This document shows positions 26,390 to 37,000 of a stretch of 64,000 bases of DNA, piece after piece. The DNA is taken from the NCBI GenBank assembly GCA_002269645.1, contig NIVC01001398.1:62001-126000 (forward strand), given 5' to 3'. The position numbers were made by a program, and so were the translations under genes. The notes under the pieces were generated by a model, which had not been told where the DNA came from, did not search any database, and saw only the letters and a program-made list of their open reading frames with translations. Numbering within the stretch: the first letter of the stretch is position 1; each line of letters begins with the position of its first letter. The DNA comes from Macrostomum lignano (Eukaryota).

Positions 26390-27428
26390 CGAGGGGTGTC
26401 CCAAAAGTTCCCGGAATGTCTAACGTAGCTCTTCAACGGAGCCATGATGTTTCACGCCCTTGGTGTCAAATGAAAGGAAGTTTTGTCACGAAGAAAATGA
26501 AGTTAAAAGCATGTTGATATCTGTTTTTATTCAGGAGCTGCAGCAAGAAACGTGCGCAAAGGTCAAGGGTACTGTTACACAACCTCACATATCACTGAAA
26601 ATAATTTTTCATCTTCGTTTTTAGATATTTTCATTTTGAATTCGTGCTACTAACGTCTCAGAAAGACGTGGTAGTGTCTATGGAAAAAAGCAGAAATGCT
26701 CATTAAGCTAATCTGAGCTTTTGCACGAGTGCAGATAATTCTTACCAAGCGCTTGCTTTCAACTTGAAATCTCTTTGCCAAATTGGGTTCTCTTCAGAGC
26801 CTCGAAAGTCAGCGAAGTCAAGTTTTTGTCCTTTGGTCAATAGGATGGAGTGGGGCCAAGATTTCTGACCACTTATTCTCCATCCATGGTAAGAAAAGCC
26901 TGAAAAAACTGCCATTTACGAATGGATCGAACGCTTTAGAGACGGTCCAGAAAATTCGTAGCCGGTGTTCCAGAACCGCAGTGAACTTGAAGGCTTCACT
27001 CGTCGCGTCATCCTGCATCATGAAATGCCTCGAACTGTTTTTGCCCAGGCCATCGACGGCATGCTTTCAAAGTGGCAGAGGTGTATTCAGCAGAATGGGG
27101 ACTACATGGAGAAGCCGCAGGCTGAGCTTGACGATTCGCTTTGAATTTTGAATCGGTGCATGTCCCAAGGATTCATCAATGGTATGAAATGTTCTGTGTT
27201 TTATTGTTTAAAATCATTGCCATAGATTTTTGAGGTTGTGTAACAGTACCCCTGACCTTTGCGCACGTTTCTTGCTGCAGCTCCTGAATAAAAACAGATA
27301 TCAACATGCTTTTAACTTCATTTTCTTCGTGACAAAACTTCCTTTCATTTGACACCAAGGGCGTGAAACATCATGGCTCCGTTGAAGAGCTACGTTAGAC
27401 ATTCCGGGAACTTTTGGGACACCCCTCG
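26390..27428 (+). mobile_element. Internally deleted mariner element (irritans-like termini) with 198-bp TIRs
   Basis: TA TSD; TIRs 26390-26587 and 27231-27428 with 1 mismatch, starting CGAGGGGTGTCCCAAAAGTT; HTH remnant (SQRSQVFVLWSIG..AIYEWIERFRDG) and C-terminal KWQRCIQQNGDYME; no DDD core. Confidence 0.93.
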
Positions 27429-28418
27429 TATATCTATTTACTAAAAATTATAGACTATAAGCTATTGAAACTCACAGATTTTGAACCCAGGGATTCCAAT
27501 CCCTGGAACTATTTTTGCATATATTCTAAAATCTGAGGCCATACTTAAACAAAAACTTGATAATACTTAGTTTAGTAGGATAGAGGTAAACATAAAATGG
27601 AATACAATTACATAAAATTAGGATTTGAGGCAAGCAGTTGATCTTGTTAGTTGGGGTGCTACACAGTTGGGCAATGTTTATCTAACTTTAAAACATGTAT
27701 TGGCAAACTGTGGCCTCTGCCTCTTCTTTTTCTGACTTGGCAAGTAAAATAAAAAGAAATTCAAAAATCAACATGTGGTTTTTTTGACGCATTTTGCATA
27801 CCAAGGTACATTATCAAGTATATTGTTAGAAACAAAAGGTATGACTATGACTAAGTGAATTTATAAATTTTGGATTTTTATATCCCTTGGATCTTTTGAA
27901 ACTTCTATTTTCTCTTCTGTTTCCTCTTTTCTTTCTTTTGTCTTTTTTTCCTATCTTTTTTCTCTCTAGGCCTACTCTCTCCCTGTTCCACTTTCATCTC
28001 TTGTCTGTTCACTCAAGTCCCTGCTCTCATCTTCCCTCTTTCATCTGTCATCTTTATTGTTTTATATGTTCTATTACCTCTCACCTCTATACTTCTTTTT
28101 TCCCCTCTTTTGACTCTTCACTTTCCTTTTTATTTTATTTTCTTTTCCATTTTCTATAGGCCCTATTCTCTCTCTTATTTCCTCTATTCTCTCTCTACTC
28201 TTTTCCTTTATCTTTTATCTTTCATTTCTCATCTTTCCTTACACCTTTTTAGTTTATAGCCTAGAGAATGAAGTCAATGAAAAATTGTGCATTTTGAGCA
28301 GAAATTTTAAGGTAGCCTATGAGTATGACATTTTCTATAGTTAATTTAAGGTGGGTGCAAAATTTGGTGTAATATGGTTGAGCCATGTGGGAGTCCATAG
28401 CAAAGTAATTTGTATACA

Positions 28419-28421
<3 letters not shown>

Positions 28422-28456
<35 letters not shown>
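28422..28456. repeat. (CA)n microsatellite
   Basis: Direct reading. Confidence 0.97.
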
Positions 28457-28457
<1 letters not shown>

Positions 28458-29336
28458 CATTTATTTGCAGCAACCAGGTTCAAGTAGGCCTAAGAATAAG
28501 ATATTATACCTTTATTTATACATTATATATTATATATAGACTATACCCTATCCCTATAGTCAATGATAGACATAGTAATTAATTTTAAATATCATTTATT
28601 TGTTAATTGCAATTCAGCTAGCTAAAAGCCAAAGTAGCCAAAATTGGATCCAGTATTATCTGAGCAGTTGAAAAAAGTAGGGCCTACTGATTCACTGATT
28701 TATCATTAGGGCCTAGTGCACTGTAAATGTAAATCAACTAAGTAAATGAAGGCCTATGCAACAAAAGTAACATTTTTCCTTCACAAAAACGCAAATGGCT
28801 GCGTCTTACTAATAGTAAGTTCTAACATTAACAGTAACAGCCATATAACTTCTTTGTAATCTATTGTTTGCGTTTATAAAAGTTTTATCTAGTCTCAGCG
28901 ACGATATATAAATTACAAATCGACGAATTAACAAACCCGTTACCCAAATTTGCACTTTTCCAAGACTTATCTGTGAATTTTTTAGACTTATTAATTATTG
29001 CATTAGCCATTTCTGAATTTGAGTCACCTAGCAGTGATATAAATTTTGTAGTTATTATAATTACTTTTTTAAGTTTTGTTTAAATTACAAAAAAATTCAA
29101 CGAAATGGATCTCCTAATTTAAATCCAACAAACAGCAAATTCTTCCTCGAAAGGCAAATTTTTCTTGCATGAGCAGAAGAGTGACTACAGAAGTCCCTTA
29201 AAAGTTCTATGGCATTGTTTCTATCATTTAAATGTTATAAAAAACAAAATCAAATCGTCATTTAAATACAGACGACGTAGACACAGCTTTTCTAAATTAG
29301 TTTTTGCAATTTATTAATTAATATATTTGATGTATG

Positions 29337-29806
29337 GGCATTGTCCTAGTTACCCGCGTTAAATTATTATTTTGACCCAAAATTTGAAACGAACAAACAA
29401 AACAAAAGCAAGTTTATTCAAGATTTTAAATGAGTCTTAGGTATTAAAAGGAGTAGTACACGGCGTAGTAATGTGTCAGCCAGTACAGAAAGTTGCCGAA
29501 GCTCTTTTTGGGTAGGCCTAGGCCCTTAGAGTCAGCGCCAGAGAAAATTGCTAAAGTGAGAGTCAAAAAGGTCGTCATTGGTGCCATGCTGACTACAAAA
29601 CTTCACCTTCACGTGGGCCCAGGTGCCTTCAATGGTGTTCTCAATGACTGATTCCAAGGTCACAGAGGTCAGCCAATGGCTGAATGGCCGCAAATTGGCA
29701 GGAGGTAGGATATTTACAGGCGCTCGAGGTTGTCCCGCCATGATTTACACTGAAAATAAAGAAGATTGGGTCAAAATAATTTAATGGGGGAAAGTAGGAA
29801 CTTGCC
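29337..29806 (-). mobile_element. Internally deleted Merlin-family DNA transposon (470 bp)
   Basis: Imperfect ~44-bp TIRs starting GGCA; 8-bp TSD GATGTATG/AATGTATG; ORF from 29741 fuses an N-terminus to the Merlin-type C-terminal motif NTIEGTWAHVKVKFCSQHGTNDDLFDSHFSNFLWR. Confidence 0.8.
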
Positions 29807-30216
29807 AATGTATGTATGCCTATGTATCCTATATAGATCTGGACCTAGGATTCTAGATGGACATTGATTAATTCAATTAAATGTTTTATTTTTTGTAAAA
29901 TAGAAACTGATTTTTCTGCTATTAACTTAACAATTAATAAACATTTGCTGGTTTAAGTAGAAAGATACCAATATAGCATAAAACATTTAATTTATATATA
30001 ATTATATAGCAATATGCCTATATGCTATATCTTATAAATTATTGAACTAAGGATAGTGAATAAGGTGTAAGTAGGAATTAAAGCTTAGCCATAATCTTTT
30101 TATTGAATTTCTGTAATATTATATTTTTAAAACTTTGATATTATTATATTAGGCCATTAGGGGCCTACTTTTCAATATATAATATCAATGATCCCACGAC
30201 TTCCAGTATTATATTT

Positions 30217-30455
30217 GGCGCATGACTAAGACTACCATACACTAAGACTACCACAGCTATTACTGGCTACTAGTATTGAGGGGGAACTACCAATCTTCTA
30301 GCATTGCTATTCTTTTCATAGGTTCTTTTCTTGCTCCTGGCTCTCCTACCCACTAATCTCCTCTCTAGCACCATCTAATAACATATAAATTCAAATTTCT
30401 CCATTAGTTCCCCAAGTGTGGCGGTTTTGGTGTGTGGCAGTCTTGGTCCTACACC
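30217..30455. mobile_element. MITE with 40-bp imperfect TIRs and 8-bp TSD
   Basis: 30217-30256 is the reverse complement of 30416-30455 at 29 of 40 positions; flanks TTATATTT and TTATATTC. Confidence 0.7.
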
Positions 30456-33400
30456 TTATATTCTGCATATAAAAAAGAAAATTTAACAAAAAGTTGATTT
30501 TTTTGCAAATAAACATTGCATTAAACATTGCAAAATAATTACAAAAGATAAAAAAAATCTTTAACAAAAAAATTTGGCCTTAACTATATTAAATAAATAG
30601 CAAAACATCTTTTGTAAGCCTTACTAACAATGTATTAGTTAGTTTCTAGCATTAAATTATTTTGACATTAATTTTTAACAAATAAACCAAAACAAGTTTA
30701 TTAAAGCATACTTAAGATATATATAATCAATATTAATAAGTCTTTAAACTGTAGAGATCTTAAAAAAGCAACATTAAATAATATAGTGATAAATGATAGG
30801 TCATTTTGGTCATCTAATATCAAAAGTTGCCAAAGTATTTCTATAGGTAGAGTTGGCACTAGGGTCTATAAGAATTTTTGCTAAGATAAAGTGTGCTCTT
30901 TTTAAGTTGCCATTGATCTTTGTATGCAGAGTGATCTGACTAGTAGATGTCAGGGGTCTCGCTGCTCCAAGAAGATAGGCCCTTATGTGTAGACAATCTA
31001 GTTGCAGATGAATGACTAGCGTAGCTCTCTAAACTTGCAAGCTACAGCTGCATTGCATAGTCAGTTGTACTAGTTGTTAATATTTGCTAAAAATGCAATG
31101 TAGAATCCACATGAATTTTCCATGTAGAATTAATATCAAATTTGTCACAGCAATTACATGTGGAATCTATGTAGAAAATCCATCTGGAATTGATATTGAA
31201 TTTGTCCTAGTGATTCCATGTGGAGACCATATAGACTTTTCTACCTGAAATCAGGCTTCATTTTGCAGATTGAGCTGAATGCTATCCAGGTATGCCTAAA
31301 TGTTTAATTCAAAATAAGCTTTAAATTGAAGTCAACTATCTTGATCTTTACATTAGAAAATGATGCTAGCCAAGTCTGTATATATTGAAATGTAAGATAA
31401 GTAGCAGCCTTAAATTAATTTAAATCATTTGTGATACAAAATACATTTAGGGTGTTTTAAAATTAAAATATAATATACAATACAATATAAAAGATCTTCA
31501 AGGCACTCAATAAAGGCCAACATTTCTGGGTCTTAGTTGTGTAGTTCCTTCCATTTTCGTTGGACTTCTCCTAGAGCATGCAGTCTAACAGACGATTGAC
31601 ATAGGCTTTTATGTGCTTCAGTAGTCTCACTTTCAAGTATGCGCAGTGAACAGATCTAAAAAATACCAAATGCAATATTAGGAAAATTATTGCAAGATAC
31701 TTAAGATTAACTTCAAGTTTGATTGTTGCATTTGTTAGCATATTTAAATTAATAGGCAAATATATAATTGAACATAATTAAATAGGCCAAAATGTGTGTA
31801 ACAGGGGTGTTTCCTGTACACTGAGAATCCCACTGCTGAGACACCAAAAGCTGTAACAGGGGGGGATTCTTCCTTCTTAATAATATCCCACTGCTGGTAC
31901 CAAAAGCTGTCCCAGGGCTCTTAATTATTCTCTTTCTAGTCTTACTTGCTGCTACTAAGTTGTCAAAGTGGTGTTCCTGTACAATACAAAATCCCACCAA
32001 TTAGCCACCAAGCTGTTACAGGGCTAATTTACTAATCTCTTAAGTGTTCTTCTTAGGTTGGTAGCTGCCACCAAGATTATTCTATTAATAAATTATGAGT
32101 TTATCAATATTAGAATAATCTGAGAAAAGTTTCTTAGAATAGGTCTGATTATTTAGTCTGAGTATTATTCTTAGAAAAACTGTTAGCCCTGAAAGATTTT
32201 ACTCTTCTGATTATTCTGGTAGCGTTCTATTTAATAATAACCTAAGCAGTATTTTGGCTTACTGGTATATGTATTTCATGTACTTTGCAAGTCCTTGGGC
32301 GTTACCGAGATCAGAGGGTCACAGCCTCCGTTATTCTTACACGTATTACTTCAGATCTACTTCACAACTTCTTACTACTCAACACTTTCCTTCTCAGTAG
32401 TATATATGGTACACACTTCCATCTACTTCACTCTTTCTTAAAAAAAGGAATTAACACAGAAAACACTTCTTCAATTCTTATTTTCTCGGAACTCTTACTA
32501 TTCGTTATCAATTGCTTATTGTGGAACCGCAATGCGCAAGGTTGGTCTCTCCTCTGCCAAAAACGCTTCTATTTATACTAAAATTTGCTACAGTTTTAAA
32601 CAAAAATTCGTTAGTGCAAAATTTTATAGAAAATACAAGTATTAAAACAAAATATGTTTCTTAGTTTTGGCGTGAATTCAAATTGACTAAACGGGAGGGG
32701 CCCTGCACATGTGCATTTGCCAGATGTGCTAAAAGCCATGGCTTTTTTACTTGAACAAGGCCTATTTCTTATTTAGTTTTAGATCTTAGGCTAATAAACT
32801 GCAATGAAAAAGAAATAAAAATCATATACCATATAAATATTCCTTATAAAAAAACATACAAATATCTAAAAACTAATTTACACAATAAAAATTTAGAAAA
32901 AGTGCAATACCTAGGCTAGTCTTCATATTTGGCAAATCTTCTATTACAAGTTGCAATTTTGAATTTTCACTTTAAGAAAAATTATTAAATTTATATAGTC
33001 TACTTTTAAATGAAATTTAAGATAATTCTTATTGCTATGACTCATTAGCAAAATTATAAAAAAATAATTTTGCAATAGGCCTATGTCCTTGTTTTATTGA
33101 ATTACAGGCCTACACTTAGGGTAAAGACAGAGTAAAAAATAGAATAAACTTGGGAAAAGATGCAATTTAATGAGACAAAGCAAGAATGGATAAGCATGTA
33201 TTTTTTAAGAGTCATTCATCAATTTTATAAATCACTTATTAAATGTAACTTTGTTTGACGTTACATAGCTAGCTATAGCAGAAGATTCTTGTAGGGCATG
33301 CTAGGCCTACAAACAAATAACTGAAGGCCTAATGATAGATTAGTAAGGACAATTGACTTATCATTTGAATAAATATAATGATTTAAGATTTAAGTATTAC

Positions 33401-34097
33401 AAAGTTTATATATCAAAGAATGAGATTTTTGTCCACATTTAATATTTGTCCACAATAAGATAACAATTAAGGACCCTGAAACCAACTTTTGATTCAAGTA
33501 CTTACAAGGAAAGACACATAACACACATGTTAACAAAAATTTTATTCACATCCTTCACCTTAAATAGAAAATAAAAAAACAATAAAACTCCAAGTGTCAT
33601 CCAAGATTCTTGATGCTACCAAGAATTGCTTTAGTATGGTAGCCCACTCTGTCCAATGCTTGCTGATAGTGTGGGGGTCTGCACTGATGCTGAATAGTAA
33701 CTAAAAAGAAAAAAACAAACAACAAACAAATTTAATAGGTTGAAGGTAGAATTGTACAGTTGTAATAAATCATCAGAAACTAACTCTGTATATCCTATGA
33801 ATCGAATCACATTCACAGTGACTACTATGACTGATGCAATGACTAACTAAAACGAATTAATAATTTTTTAATTTCTAGAGTCTGATATAATTATTAACTT
33901 CAAAAGAAATAAAATTATGGGAAAATGTTTCTTTAGCTTAAAAGTTACAAATTTTACAAGTTGCAAGTGAGATAAGTGAGCAATGAACTTTGGAAAATGC
34001 AGGGGTTAACAATTCAACTGTCGCAAATGCCATTCTGCAGGCCAAAGTGCAGACCCATGTTGCCAATGGCGGCATCAAACTGGCCTCGCAGACAGCC

Positions 34098-37000
34098 ATG
34101 ACTGCCCCGGCCACATCGTTGCCTGCCTCTGCCGCTGCGGACAGCTGGGGCAGCGCCGCCCGGGAGGCCACGGTCTCTGCCGCGGCGCCAGACGGCTGCC
34201 TGCAGCTCAGCCTGACTGGCGGGGCCGAAAATGGCCAGCTGTGCGCATTGGCCGACATCCGACCGGACCAGTGCGTCTTCTGGCAGGGCCGGGCCGAGTC
34301 TGGCGACATCCTGCTAGAGGTTCAAGGCCACCGGGTCAGCGGGTTCACTCTGCGCGACGCTCGCGAACTTCTCGCCGCCCTGTCTGCCAACGGCGCGCCT
34401 GTGGTGCTGAAGACGCTGCCAGCAGGCCGACTGTCGCCGGATCTAGCCAGGCTGCTGCGCTCGCAGTTCGATGCTGGCAGCCCCGAAGCCGCACTGCAGT
34501 CGGTGGTGCGCGACAACCTGTACCTGCGCACCGTGCCGGTGACCACCCGGGCCAGGCGGGAGAATGAAATCGACGGCGTCGACTACGCTTTTATTGGGGC
34601 CGACGAGTTCGACCGGCTGGAGCGGGCCGGCCGGCTGCTTGAGAGCGGCGTGTTCGAGGGCAATCGCTACGGCACGCCGCGGCCGGCGCCCGAGGCTACC
34701 GGCCTGTTCCGCCGCACTGCCGACGGCGGCGTCGCTGCTGACTCGGCGGCGTCGGCATCGACGAGCAAAGCGGGCTCGCCGAGCCGCAAAGTCAACGCCG
34801 TGCAACCGCAGCCGAGGTCGGAGACGCTGCCAACTGGCAAGGCGGCCAGTCCGGAGGCTGCAGCTGCCGATGCCGCATCAACGGATGAGTCGCCTCTGCC
34901 TGCTGGTTGGGAGCGAGTTGTGGATCCCAAATATGGCGTGTTCTATATTGAGTGAGTTCAGGGGAGGGGGTGGATAGCTTTTGATCAGGGTGTAATTATT
35001 GTGTTGGGGACTGGATATACTAAACTGATTGGGGACTTGGTGACTGGATATACTATACTAAATAGCGGAGAATGTGCTGGATAGCGGAGAATATCTGGAA
35101 AGCAGAGAATGAGCTGGAAAGCAGAGAATGTGCTGGAAAGCGGAGAATATACTAAATAGCGGAGAATATGCTGGATAGCGGAGAATGTGCTGGATAGCGG
35201 AGAATATCTGGAAAGCAGAGAATGAGCTGGAAAGCAGAGAATGTGCTGGAAAGCGGAGAATATACTAAATAGCGGAGAATATGCTGGATAGCGGAGAATG
35301 TGCTGGATAGCGGAGAATGTGCTGGATAGCGGAGAATTTACTGGAAAGCGGAGAATGTGCTGGATAGCGGAGAATGTGCTGGATAGCGGAGAATGTGCTG
35401 GATAGCGGAGAATGTGCTGGATAGCGGAGAATGTGCTGGATAGCGGAGAATGTGCTGGATAGCGGAGAATATGCTGGATAGCGGAGAATATGCTGGATAG
35501 CGGAGAATGTGCTGGATAGCGGAGAATGTGCTGGATAGCGGAGAATATGCTGGATAGCGGAGAATGTGCTGGATAGCGGAGAATGTGCTGGATAGCGGAG
35601 AATGTGCTGGATAGCGGAGAATGTGCTGGATAGCGGAGAATGTGCTGGATAGCGGAGAATATGCTGGATAGCGGAGAATGTGCTGGATAGCGGAGAATGT
35701 GCTGGATAGCGGAGAATATGCTGGATAGCGGAGAATGTGCTGGATAGCGGAGAATGTGCTGGATAGCGGAGAATGTGCTGGATAGCGGAGAATGTGCTGG
35801 ATAGCGGAGAATGTGCTGGATAGCGGAGAATGTGCTGGATAGCGGAGAATGTGCTGGATAGCGGAGAATATGCTGGATAGCGGAGAATGTGCTGGATAGC
35901 GGAGAATGTGCTGGATAGCGGAGAATATGCTGGATAGCGGAGAATGTGCTGGATAGCGGAGAATGTGCTGGATAGCGGAGAATTTACTGGAAAGCGGAGA
36001 ATGTGCTGGATAGCGGAGAATGTGCTGAATAGCAAAGTATGTACTGGATAGCCTAGAATTTACTGGAAAGCAGAGAATGTGCTGGATAGCGGAGAATGTG
36101 CTGGATAGCGGAGAATGTGCTGGATAGCGGAGAATGTGCTGGATAGCGGAGAATTTACTGGAAAGCGGAGAATGTGCTGGATAGCGGAGAATGTGCTGGA
36201 TAGCGGAGAATGTGCTGGATAGCGGAGAATATGCTGGATAGCGGAGAATGTGCTGGATAGCGGAGAATGTGCTGGATAGCGGAGAATGTGCTGGATAGCG
36301 GAGAATGTGCTGGATAGCGGAGAATGTGCTGGATAGCGGAGAATGTGCTGGATAGCGGAGAATGTGCTGGATAGCGGAGAATATGCTGGATAGCGGAGAA
36401 TGTGCTGGATAGCGGAGAATGTGCTGGATAGCGGAGAATATGCTGGATAGCGGAGAATGTGCTGGATAGCGGAGAATATGCTGGATAGCGGAGAATGTGC
36501 TGGATAGCGGAGAATGTGCTGGATAGCGGAGAATGTGCTGGATAGCGGAGAATGTGCTGGATAGCGGAGAATGTGCTGGATAGCGGAGAATGTGCTGGAT
36601 AGCGGAGAATGTGCTGGATAGCGGAGAATATGCTGGATAGCGGAGAATGTGCTGGATAGCGGAGAATGTGCTGGATAGCGGAGAATATGCTGGATAGCGG
36701 AGAATGTGCTGGATAGCGGAGAATGTGCTGGATAGCGGAGAATGTGCTGGATAGCGGAGAATGTGCTGGATAGTGGAGATTGTGCTGGTTAAGCTAGATC
36801 GTAGATATCGGAGCTTCTAAGAATTTTAATATTTACGAAAGATCGCTCTGAGCAAAAACGTTTCTTTATTTTTGAAAGCACTGTATTGTGCACCTGAAAT
36901 CCAGTGCTAAGGAAATTGCTATTTACTTTGTTGCGACACCATTGCAAAGTGTCCATAATTTAGTTCGCTCGCTATCTATTTACACCGTGGCGGTATTTTG

